Positions 40,591 to 51,590 of a stretch of DNA of 64,000 nucleotides are shown here, piece by piece (within the stretch, counting starts at the first letter, position 1; the number at the start of each line of letters is the position of its first letter). A program made the position numbers and the translations under genes. The DNA is from Hydrolagus affinis (Eukaryota): NCBI GenBank assembly GCA_012026655.1, contig JAAILG010001487.1, positions 1 through 64,000 on the forward strand, given 5' to 3'. A model generated the notes under the pieces. That model searched no databases. It had not been told where the DNA came from and saw only the letters and a list, made by a program, of their open reading frames with translations.

Positions 40591-43500
40591 TGTACAGTGA
40601 GTTGTGATTGTACATAAATGTGACCACTAATTGTCACCACTGATCAAGCCACGAACAACAATGTAATGAACAAACAACCTAATGTGTTGGTGAATTGGGG
40701 ATGAAGTGAAGATAAGTTGTTTTAATGCAAGAGGAAATCTACATCCTTTGGCAAGCTGACCTGAACAGGCCCCAATCCTGGAGTCTAGAAGACAAGGAAA
40801 TGCTTTTTATTGTTTCATAATGACTCTTACTGGATTCCTGTTGCCATTTGCATTATGCAAAATGTGGTTCCCAAACACTGGCAATCCATTTCCCTCCCAC
40901 CCGCACAGATAAACCAGCGTGGAAAAGTTTCCTTTATTTTTATTGGCAATCCACAGCTTGGTGCAATGAGTTTATACCTTCTTAAAAAGTTCCTTACTTG
41001 GCTGAGATGGTTTGTTTTTTGGATGTGTGTAATTACGCAAAAACAAGACAGGGTGCTATACATATTGCAGTAAACACAGAAGGTTTACAGCATTGGAGGA
41101 AAACATTTGATGCCTTTAGGTCTATGCTAGTGCTTTCGTCCACTGAATGCTCAATTGGCTGGAGCTACCCACAACAACAGCAACTACATGCCCCCTTTCA
41201 CTCAGAGCTTTACAATGGCAGAGCTCTATTCCCATTTCTTCCCCCCACTCCCATCATGTTTAGTATTTGTTATCCAATTCCCTTTGAATGCCACTATAAT
41301 AAGCTGCCAAGACAACATGAAATGTTTTGTGTCGATGCATATTAAACGAGTGATGAATTTAAAAAAAACACTAAAGTTTCAATGTGTCCCACCAGTAATG
41401 ATTAAAATGCCTTGTACCCCTTTAGGTTGCTGGCAGTCACACAACGCAACCTAAAGGGTTGGTTGGTTGGTTGGTTCCCCCCACCACCAAGCACTAATGC
41501 AAGTCATCCAGTACATTTAAGACCTGACATTTGTTTGTCCAGTTTTCTTGGAGCCAAAGAAAGAGGGTGTTCTTATCAGAATAGTTGATTGTGTTGACAT
41601 GCCAACTTGTGCCAACTTGGCCTGGTGGCATTATAATCGTCCAATGTTGTAAATTGTCCAGATTGAAAGATTGGCCGCATAGGAATGTGCTGTTTGCTTT
41701 TCTGAAGTGCAGCCCATGTTAATGATGCAATGATCTGGTTTGGTGAATTGCCTTATAAGGCTTCACATGTCTAAATCCAGCCCGAGAAGTTCTCAATGTA
41801 CTTTTCACAGGGCAAGTCACCTCGAGGCCCTTAAAATAATATATAATCTGGAGCCGGGCCATAGAGTTCAGAGTACAGGCAGTTACACCTGACAAGAGTA
41901 ATTCTCTTTTAACAGAGTGAATGTTCTTACAACCTTATATCCTGGTCTGATTATTTTTTTCCCCTTGTTATTCAACTTTCAGTTGTTTTATAATTGTTCC
42001 ATTCTTTTGGATGAAACTTTAAACTGAGGACCCATCTGCCTGTTCAGGTAGATGTTATTCTATTTAGTGAGTCCTGTAGCTCAATGATTAGAGCACTTGC
42101 CTTGCAAGCAAGAGATCTGGATTTTTTCTTGGTATGGATATCATTGGACAATATTAATAAGCCAGTATTTGATATCGGATCGCACTGAAATATCTCGGAG
42201 AGTTTAACAACATTCTTTTCCATTTATTCTGTGTGAATTTGGATGAGGGCGGAATGTTGCTATCTTGTCAGGCAGCAAAAGGCCTTGACACTTAATATTT
42301 AACACCTAACACTTCGCTGTTAACCAAGTTCGCTAAATAAAATAGAGCGCTGCGATCTTCTTCACAACAGGCATGTTAATACAATTATTGTAGACATTGA
42401 TTCTCAATGTAGGTTGAAGTTACTCTGACACACCAATAGGCCTTATTGTTTAATATCACTCCCACCTTTATCACAGACCTTTATATCTTAGAAGGTGGCT
42501 ATTTGGCTCCTCATACATATGCTAGAAAGGAGCTGAAGGAGCAAAGAAGCTAATCCCACTCCCCTGCCCTTTCACCTCACAACCCTCTATACAGAAACCG
42601 GATTTGGATTTTGTCATTCAACACCAGTTTGAAATGTCGTTGCAGGAACAGCATGATATACCACCTTACATGGGAAGCGTGTTGTGTGGTGAAGATTGGG
42701 AAGGTCTCAGGAATCGATTAGGTTACCCACTGAAGTGTCGCAGGTGATCTCGGTATCCCTGGGATAAAGCAGGGGCAAAATATTCCATCAGTTAGGCTTC
42801 CTGCTCCTGATTGCTATACAGCTCAGTCATGATAGCTCCAATAAAGTTGATCTGCCCATCCAACAACGTTGTGTGCTCAGCAGGAAGTACTGACACTTGG
42901 ATGAGACACCTGAAGAGCCACATATTATATGCACATGGAAAGGAGGGAGGGAATAACTAGGGCAGAACAACTTCTGCAGCTAATGTATGTTGGCGATGTG
43001 ATATATGTTTAGCCTTGATGTGGACTCCAGAATAGACCTCTGGCATCAAATTGCTATGTTGTTGCTTATGGTTTGGCATCAAGACCCAAGTAGGTTGCCA
43101 CTCCACAGTACAGTTCGCTGCCAGACTGGGTCAGCTGTTTCGAGTTCTCAACACTGACTTGGCAACCTTGCTGTGTTGTTCAGGGGATAAGATCACGAAG
43201 CTCTGCCAACAGATTGGAAGGCAAACCTTGGAATATCTCCCCATTTTCCCCTGCCATCTTATCATGGGGAAATAATGCGCCGGGCAACTGACTGAACTTA
43301 CGTTGGCATTTACACAGTTTCAGCCAAGGCATTGTGACTTTGGGACTGTTTCTTGTGCCTCCTCTCGCAGACTGGATGACTGCAATGTGATCTCCCCATG
43401 GAGTCTGGGCATGGGATCAGTTACAGCCTCGCCCCACGTGACTTCCAGCAAAAGGATTTAAATATAGAACTCTTCGTGTGTAGCTATGCCTAAGCTTTGG

Positions 43501-43714
43501 CTGGTTCTTGCTGTTGGTACAAGCCCACGTTGCTGCTTCCAAGTTTTCACCCAGGGAAAAGAACCGTAGACCTTCACAGCGCAGGCAAAGGCCTTTGAGC
43601 CCATTGTATTTGCGCTAGTTCTATTAAAGAGCAATCCTTTCAGTCCCATTTACCCCATACCTTCATAATCAGTGCCCTTCTAGTTTATTCTTTAGAGTTT
43701 TGGGGTGTCAGCCT

Positions 43715-43860
43715 GGTGTCTGACATATGCGGAAACCCATCCCCAGGCTTAAGAGTATCCAAACCAAACAGAGAATTCGACGCCTTCCACCTACACTTGG
43801 AAGTTCCAGAGATAGATTGTTGGAATGGAATGCGCTCTCTCTCCCTGAACGGACACATCC
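43715..43860 (+). repeat. Unclassified ~145-bp dispersed repeat, copy 1
   Basis: Shares catccccaggcttaagagtatccaaa and ccagagatagattgttggaatggaatgcgc with 50229-50373. Confidence 0.8.
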
Positions 43861-44914
43861 TGCTTTACCTAATTCCGGAAAGTATTTGACGCAGGTTGGC
43901 AAGAACCAACTTCAAAAACAAATAAACATTAAAGCCATCAATTTTAATCTTGGTTTTGGAACATACTTGAGCATTATTGTGCTGCCTGAACCTCTGTAAT
44001 TCCCTATTATCTGCCAATTTACTTATCTGAAGCGACACAGTTATTCCTGCTACAGAATTGTCTATCACTTCCTCAGTGTCGGTCTTGGACGCAATCTCCA
44101 TTTCGGTCAGAGTGTTTAAAGTTAAGCGTTACTTAGTGAACTCGGACTGTGAAGATAAAGCATAGTTTATACTGTTAGAGTGGACCTCAATCCCCACAGC
44201 AGTACAGGGGATCTTTTAATGTTAATTCACAACATGTGCAATGCTACTTTCTCCGATGCCCTTTTACTTTTGTAGAGAAGCCTCTATCACTGAACCTCGT
44301 CCAAGATAAACAGTTGCATAGTAGTTTGCCCCATCATTGCAGGACAATACTGAGCCACACAGTAGTGATGCAGTTAAATAAATATTCCAATGCATTACTC
44401 TTATGTTACACCAAAACATTTTGACATTTAACGTTTCGCTTGGAAGCTTAGCTTAGAAGTATTGTTTGCTGAAGGAAGGGTCTTTGCGGCATTTCTTAAT
44501 CACTGGTGGGCATATTTCTGATGACTGTCAAAGAATGCTTTTATGGGTTGCCACAAATTAAATGGTATTGTACAAAGGATCAAGAGCTATTAAAATGAGC
44601 AACGATTTTCCTTGGTCCTTTTTTTGCTTCTTAGAATAAGTTTCAGTCGATCCCCTGTCCTGGGCCCCACACAGGAGGTGACCTGGATTATACAGGGTGC
44701 AGGCAGGTAATGTGATCAACCTCAGTGTATTAGGTGTGATGAGTTGATTTGTTCTCTACTCAGCTGTGACCATTGGGTTCACACAACATTTATTGCCATG
44801 AATAATCTAACCCAAATTCAACGGCCCAATCCCCAATGTGTAGATCTAGACTTTGATCCAGACCTGTAAAAGATTGGCATTGTTGTTATTCTTTATATAT
44901 GTATATAAAGAATA

Positions 44915-44990
44915 CCGTAAATACCCGCGTATAAGGCGCACTCGCGTATAAGGCGCACCCCCCCACTTTTGACCTTTTCTTGGTGAAAAA
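44915..44990. mobile_element. Single terminus of a pogo/Tc2-like DNA transposon
   Basis: TA|CCGTAAATACCCGCGTATAAGGCGCACTCGCGTATAAGGCGCACCC with a duplicated subterminal motif; no partner TIR seen. Confidence 0.6.
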
Positions 44991-45341
44991 AAACGGAAGC
45001 ATTTTCGAATTCCACCCGGATCCAGATTTACGCTCATCATCTTGGCATTTCAGAGTGTCCAGGATTTGGCAAAATCTTTAACGTCCTAACTTTGACGCCG
45101 CTTTTCTGTACGTTTCCTTTGAGAACTACCGATGACGGCTTCAAGGTGGAGGCTGAATTCAGCAAATTGCCCAGTTCTGGACACTCTGAAATGCGGAGAA
45201 AGTATAGTAAACCTAGGCGAGGATGGCATTTTCACCATCTGTTGTGTACAGGATCCAACCTGATGATTTTTGACATCGCTGACATTTTTACATTTCACCC
45301 CGCAATGATTGTAATTCGATTTTTGTTACTTTCATTCACAG

Positions 45342-45409
45342 AGAAACTCTACAACTCAACAGGACCTGAATTAAGAAGGTCGCTCTTCTCACTGAAGCAG
45401 CTGTTTCAG
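45342..45409 (+). CDS. FHOD1: FHOD1 coding exon 4 (EKLYNSTGPELRRSLFSLKQLFQ)
   Basis: cacag acceptor, gtacgc donor; 68 nt. GPELRRSLFSLKQ is FHOD1-type. g+ag gives Glu across the intron. Confidence 0.95.
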
Positions 45410-46109
45410 GTACGCTACTGGAATAACATGTGATCATTGGTAAACCAAGCCTTGCCTTTATCTGACTTACATCTTCCTCGCTCGGAATCAAATCACTCCC
45501 CATCATATCTCGTGAAGTATAGTGACTGCTTTTCTGTATGGGAACACGGTCAATTTACACACAGCCAGGTCCCTTCAACTGCTATCAAGCGATGACCATG
45601 TTTTATTTATTTGGAGTATTTTTGGCCAGGACGCCAGGAAAAAAGGTCTTTGAAGGTCGAAGGGTGTAGTGGGAATCCTTAATGTCCAGGCTGAATAGAG
45701 CACCTGACGGCGACGCAGGCTGCCAACAGAGCATGTGGCTATCAGAACAATGGCAAGGAAACACGTTACAATACAGTGCACTGCACCAGCAGCACGCAAT
45801 ATACCTTCCCTATTGTTTCAGCGCTGGTTCAAGTCTCACGCCAGCACTCGAGGTCACGCTTCACATTCCGACAATTCAACGCAGTGCCAGAAAGTGCCAC
45901 AATGTAGTTTGATGCCATCTTTAACATGGGACTTTATACTGAGGTCTCGGCTGCCCGTTCAGGCACACATTAAAGACGTAACTTACTGATGGTTTGGTTT
46001 GCAAGTATTGCTCAGATTGTTAGATGTCTCTCCGTAGCGTGAACGCCAGGTTTTTATCAATGAGAAATCTCAATCTCGCCACATAAGTTAATGATCAACG
46101 TAAGTGAGA

Positions 46110-46287
46110 CCCCTTCCCCCTCCCACTCCTTTCCCCCTCCTTCCACCTCCTTCCCTTCTCCTCCCCACACCCTCCTCCCCCACTCCTTTCCCTCCATCCT
46201 GCCTCTGCCCTCCTACCCCCTCCATCCTACCAACTTTCCCCGCCCTCTTCCCCCCTCCACCCCTCCTCTCCCTTCCCCCTCCTTCCT
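46110..46287. repeat. C-rich polypyrimidine low-complexity tract
   Basis: About 180 nt of almost only C/T. Confidence 0.85.
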
Positions 46288-46924
46288 GACCAGTACGTAC
46301 TGTTCCAAACAGTCACTGCTTGTGACGGTTGTGATGTTCTGGGCAAGGCTTGGGAGCATTGTTCACTCGCCCAGTTCAAGGTTATTGACCATCACCGGGA
46401 ACTGATTTACTGTATTGTTATTCTGTATAATAACTAGCGTCAAATTGAATTGTGTTTCAATTTAGAATTGAAGTGACTGGCTTCGTAAATCTTCAAAGGC
46501 TTAAACCTCAGAGCTTGACATCAGTGTCAGCAGGAAGGGGAACTGAAATTAAAATAAAAAATTTCCACTACATGTGGGCAGCTTATAGTTGCAGCTGCAG
46601 GTTAGATTTGGCAAGTGTTTTATCTTTTTAATTTGGTTTGATGCTGTTTTTTCAAGACAATAAGAGGTTTACACCTTAAGCCTCTCTTTTGCTCCTGAAG
46701 CCAATAGGCAGGTAGCCTGTAACCCAGGCCAAAGGTATTCCCGAGCGATCGTTCTGCACTGTGGACTGGGTTAGCCTTAGAACTGGATCACTTTGACTCG
46801 CCCTCATGTCCTTTATTCCCTGTATCTCTGGATGGTTAATGCCTTTCTCCCTAGTCAGACCCTGATTGAAATCTTATGCAGAATTCAGAGTAAGACCAGA
46901 TCCTACCATCAATGCTACTCGTTT

Positions 46925-47280
46925 AGTCCAGGCTGACATTCCCAATACACGGCCTGGGGGAGCTCTGGATTGTTGGATGTGCTGCCCTCGTAAGGGATAT
47001 TAAACAGAGTCCTCGTCTGCTTAATCAGTTGGAAGTTAAGGATCCCACTGCGCTACTGAAAGAGAGAAAAGGGAATTTCTCCCGGTATCCTGGCCAACAA
47101 TCCTCCTCCAGATAAAATTGTTCATTCACTTCACAGCTAATTGTGGGACATGGTTGCGTGCAAATTGACCGAGGTGTTCACCTACAAAATATAGTCATTA
47201 CACTTTGCTATGAATGGCTTTGAGATAGCCTTCCCAATATGAAAGATATGAAAGGTATCAACATAAGGATTACTATTCCT
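46925..47280 (+). mobile_element. Long-form Deu-domain SINE fragment
   Basis: Core and tail match the long family. Confidence 0.65.
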
Positions 47281-47548
47281 AGCCCAGGGAATATGTCGAC
47301 TGCAAATTATACCGGTTTCACTCAATGGGTTGAGAAAGTTAATTGTCACACAAAAATGTCGAGAGAGTGGAGGGCATTTCACTGTGGAGGGAAGGCGAGT
47401 GATTCAATACTAACACCTTATAGAGACAATATAACTGATAACACCCTAGTTCCAGGCATTAACAAATGTATAACAAACAGACTTGTTATACGTTTGATTA
47501 AATCTAAGAAAGATTGGAGCCACATTGAGCACAGGTGCCAGAATATAT

Positions 47549-47869
47549 AATAATAATAATAAACCTTGCATAGCGCTTTTCGCATCTTATCGACGCTTTA
47601 CAGAATATACTGTAAAGTGAATTGACTGTATATTTGTGGGCGAATCACAGCAGCCAATTGCGCACAGCAGTGTCCCACAAACAGTCGTGGATTGAAATGA
47701 CCAATTTTATTATTGTGGTTTTTTTTGGAGGGTTTATTATTAGGCGTGTGGAGTAAGGAAACTTGCCCAAGGTTTCGCCCTGACCTGCCTGGATTCGAAC
47801 ACAGGTCTCCCCAGCTTGGTCTCCCCAGCTTGCAAGACAAGTGCTCTCACCATTAAGCGATGGGAGCTC
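47549..47869 (-). mobile_element. Full-length tRNA-derived SINE (short family) with a 14-bp tandem duplication in its head
   Basis: Same family; ggtctccccagctt occurs twice at ~47804-47831. Confidence 0.87.
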
Positions 47870-49306
47870 TATAACAACCTCCCACGCTTACTGATTTCAG
47901 TCAAAATAAAGGGATTTCATTAAACTTGGAAAGGAACTTCTTAATTTAACTCTAACAATACTTATCCTTGCATTTGATATGGCACTTTATAATGTCTTTG
48001 AGACATCTCAAAGCACTTCACAGAAGATACTGTAAAGTGAACTGACTGTATTTTGTGGGCAAAACATGGCAATCGATTGTGCGTCCCACAAACATTGTGG
48101 ATTGAGAGACCAAATTATGATTTAAATTTTTTATGTTTTGAAGTGATTATTATCCCAGAAAAGTGATCCGCTAATCGACCAAGATGGCCCATTATCAGAT
48201 CTTGCTCGAAGCCTGGAAGATCGAAGTCCTGTGCTATTTAGTGCCCCCGACTTGAAATCTGCAGCCTAAAGTGTCAAGTGTGGGCTGTTTTGACAATGTG
48301 TTGAAACTGAACAAATTGATTGCGTTACTAATTACATCCTCATTCAGCGTAATTCTCTTCTGAATGTCAATGAATAATTTGGGATCGCCACCTAGAGGCA
48401 GCCTTGTCTTGATGCCAAGGAATGTGCTACACATTTATGTGGGTTTCACAGATCCTGCTTCTGTTGGAACCCTTCACAAATGCCATGCACTCGGCAACAA
48501 CTAGGCACACTGGCGAAGCTTCTCTTCTCTCTCTAGGACTGTGTGCAACTTGTTCGGGACTCTTTAAGAAATACGAATACAAACACAACCGCACAGTGAC
48601 AGCCTGGCTCAGTTGATAGCACGTGAATCAAAAGTTCATGGGTTGATGCCTCAGGACACTTCGAGCTCACAGTCTAGGGCAGTGATGGCCAACCTTTACT
48701 GGCGGCCAACACAATAAATTTCCTGATGGAATACTTCTTGATCTGAGTCACACAGACACTCGTTTTCTCACACAAAGGTTCAGGGAGGGGTTCTTGACTC
48801 TCCTCGCAAGGATTATGATTGCCCTTAGCTATTTGACACAGCCAACACTGAAGCCTTAACAATAAAAAAACTATTTTTTTAATTGGTCATTAACCATGAC
48901 ATTGGCTGCCGCATTTCACCCACATATGTATAGTCAATCCACTTTACAGTATATTCTGTGAAGCGCTTTGAGACGTCTGGGAGAGGTGAAAAGCGCAATA
49001 TCAAATTCAAGGATTCATATTATCGAGTCTCCAGGTTCTATTAATAAACCATTTTTCTTCCTCTTCTCTGGGCTTTCCTGCTAGATTGAACTTCTGGCTA
49101 AAGATAGATTTGCCCATTAAAGCCCTGAACCTAACCCCTCTCCTCGCCCCATGCCCCACCCACCACCACCCCACCCTCCCCATCTTGGTGTGTCTGAAAG
49201 TATTGCTGCATGTTTACTCTCACTCTGGTCCTGTGGTGCCTCAGAGCTACTGAACCCTTGATGTATTTCCTCCCCATCTCTCTCTCTCTCTCTCTCTCTC
49301 CTGTAG

Positions 49307-49412
49307 GATGACAAAGACCTGGTCCCGGAGTTTGTGAGCGCTGAGGGACTGACATGCCTGATCAAAGTGGGAGCGGAGGCTGATCAGAACTATCAGAACT
49401 ACATCCTGAGAG
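49307..49412 (+). CDS. FHOD1: FHOD1 coding exon 5 ([35 protein letters not shown])
   Basis: (CT)n tract plus tgtag acceptor, gtgagc donor; 106 nt. Conserved FH3 armadillo-repeat sequence. Confidence 0.95.
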
Positions 49413-50010
49413 GTGAGCTGTGCTATTCCTAGTCTAGACGGTAGCTGCAGTGCAGTACAGGGGAAGCACTGCACAGCCAGAGGTACCTGCCTTCTGATCA
49501 GATCTCCAGCCGTGGTCCCCATCTCCCTGTCCTTAAAGATCCCATGATACTGTTACTCCCAGTGTAGGTCTCTCTCTGTGTTCTGGCTACCTTGCTGAGG
49601 GCATGGTGTCTGTCACCTCTGGAGTTGTTGGCATCTCCCAAATTCTGGGGCTTGAAATGTTTGCTACAAACTCCCACCTCCATGGGATCGTCAGCCCAAA
49701 GGACAAACTAGCAATTGCCTGGTTTAGTTCGTGGTGGGGGTGTGGGCAGTGGCTGGGATGGACCATTGCTGAGATTGGTGAGATTGCGTTACTGCTCACA
49801 TTTTGTCCCCTTGTTGTGTGAGTACTTGTTCCCCTTTAAAACAGGCTGTTCAGTAGAAAGGACAGTTCATTTGCTATAGTCTCAGTGCTCCCAGGCTTGG
49901 GGACCCATAGATATCTTAAGCTACAGCTAATCTCTGTGGCTGCTACATTAATGATGATTTAGAAAATATATAAATACCTGTTTAATATTGTGTACTTGCT
50001 GCCTTTCCAG

Positions 50011-50105
50011 CGCTGAGCCAGATCATGCTGTTTGTGGATGGAATGAATGGAGTCATCAGTCACTGCGAGACTGTGGAATGGCTGTATACTCTAACAGGCA
50101 GCCTG
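50011..50105 (+). CDS. FHOD1: FHOD1 coding exon 6 ([32 protein letters not shown])
   Basis: ttccag acceptor, gtgagt donor; 95 nt. MLFVDGM and WLYTL motifs; frame continuous. Confidence 0.95.
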
Positions 50106-50228
50106 GTGAGTCCAGTTAATACAATTTTAAGTGATATCGTTCATTACAATAACAACTTGCATTTATAACGTGCTTTTCACATGGGATTAATGTACTCTTC
50201 ACAGGGTTGGTGTCCAACACCTCGACCA

Positions 50229-50373
50229 GGTGTCTGACACAGAAACGCATCCCCAGGCTTAAGAGTATCCAAAACAAACTGAGAATTTCATGCATCCCAC
50301 CTACACGTAGAAATAAATCCCAGAGATAGATTGTTGGAATGGAATGCGCACTCTCTCCCTGGAGGGATACATC
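50229..50373 (+). repeat. Unclassified ~145-bp dispersed repeat, copy 2
   Basis: See copy 1 at 43715-43860. Confidence 0.8.
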
Positions 50374-50382
50374 TTGAGTACC

Positions 50383-50683
50383 TAATAATAATAATCCTTG
50401 CATTTGAAATAGCGCTTTTCCCATCTTCTAGACGTCTCAAAGCGCTGCACGGAATATACTGCAAAGTGAATTGACTGTATATTTGTAGGCAAAACGCGGC
50501 AGACAATTGCACACAGCAGAGCCTCACAAACAGTTGTGGATTGAGTGACCAATTTTTTTTGAGGATTTATTATCAGGCGTGTGGAGTAAGAAAACTTGCC
50601 CAAGGTTTCGCCCCGCCTGGAATTAAACCCAGGTCTCTCGCTTGTGAGGCGAGTGCACTAATCACTGAGCTACAGGATTCTCC
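50383..50683 (-). mobile_element. Full-length tRNA-derived SINE (short family) immediately downstream of tRNA-Leu
   Basis: Head GGAGAATCCTGTAGCTCAG on the minus strand; (att)n tail at 50383. Confidence 0.88.
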
Positions 50684-50685
50684 CC

Positions 50686-50689
50686 AAAA
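50686..50689 (-). terminator. Minimal Pol III T4 terminator of tRNA-Leu
   Basis: TTTT on the minus strand 3 nt after the discriminator base (GAATTTTGGGG). Confidence 0.55.
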
Positions 50690-50692
50690 TTC

Positions 50693-50776
50693 TGTCAGAA
50701 GTGGGATTCGAACCCACGCCTCCAGGTGGAGACTGCGACCTGAACGCAGCGCCTTAGACCGCTCGGCCATCCTGAC
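50693..50776 (-). tRNA. tRNA-Leu (anticodon CAG), intronic, antisense to FHOD1
   Basis: Minus strand reads GTCAGGATGGCCGAGCGGTCTAAGGCGCTGCGTTCAGGTCGCAGTCTCCACCTGGAGGCGTGGGTTCGAATCCCACTTCTGACA. It has a complete cloverleaf, a long variable arm, A and B boxes, and the anticodon at 50740-50742. Confidence 0.96.
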
Positions 50777-51305
50777 TGTGATATCGGAAAGTATTAGGTG
50801 CGAGCCATTGCTTGGGGACCCCAGAGTGTGCTTTGGGGTAACTGCCATCTCAGACACCAAACGGGGGGGAGAGGGGGAGGAGGAGGGAGCTATATATTTC
50901 AGGTGACAGGAGGAGTGAGCAAAGAGGTAGGTTTTTAGGTGGAATTAAAGGCATAAAAAGGACGGAGTTTCAGAGGGTAGGAGTGTTCAGCCATGAATGG
51001 TGGGGTGGGAGGAGGGGGCATTATGATTGAACAACGCCACAAAATTTGAAACACATGGTGAACTGATAACCAGGCGAGTGGTACCACAACATTGTGCAGT
51101 TTGGGTGTATCAGTGGGGTGTGTATTGACTCGGACAATACAGTTTGACGGTTTATTTAAATTGATGAGATCTTGGTACAGGAAATGTTTGCACGGCAGAG
51201 GCGTTGAAAAAACTGGCACAATTCACATTGTGCAGACCTGTGTATAAATTATAATGTGTGGTTTCGGTGGATAGCATTCGGCTGTAAATCACAATAATAA
51301 TGCCA

Positions 51306-51590
51306 ATCCTTGCATTTGATACAGCGCTTTACCACGACTTCTAGTCATCTCAAAGCACTTCACAAATTATACTGCAATGTGAATTGACCATATATTTTGT
51401 GGGCGAAACGCGGAAGCCAATTGCGCACAGCAAAGTCCCACAAACAGTCATGGATTGAAGTGACCCATTTATTATATTTTTGAGGGATTATTATCAGGCA
51501 TGTGGAGTGAAGAAACTTGCCCAAGGTTTTGCCCTGCCTGGAATCAAATCCGGGTCTCGCTTGCAAGGTGAAAGGTGAGTTACAGGACTC
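51306..51590 (-). mobile_element. tRNA-derived SINE (short family)
   Basis: Same family, with a slightly deleted head. Confidence 0.82.

Noticed and set aside
41751-41760. Perfect CArG boxes (also 18696-18705 and 62492-62501), tempting because formins signal to SRF
   Set aside because: A rough estimate gives about five such 10-mers by chance in 64 kb at this base composition; no clustering.
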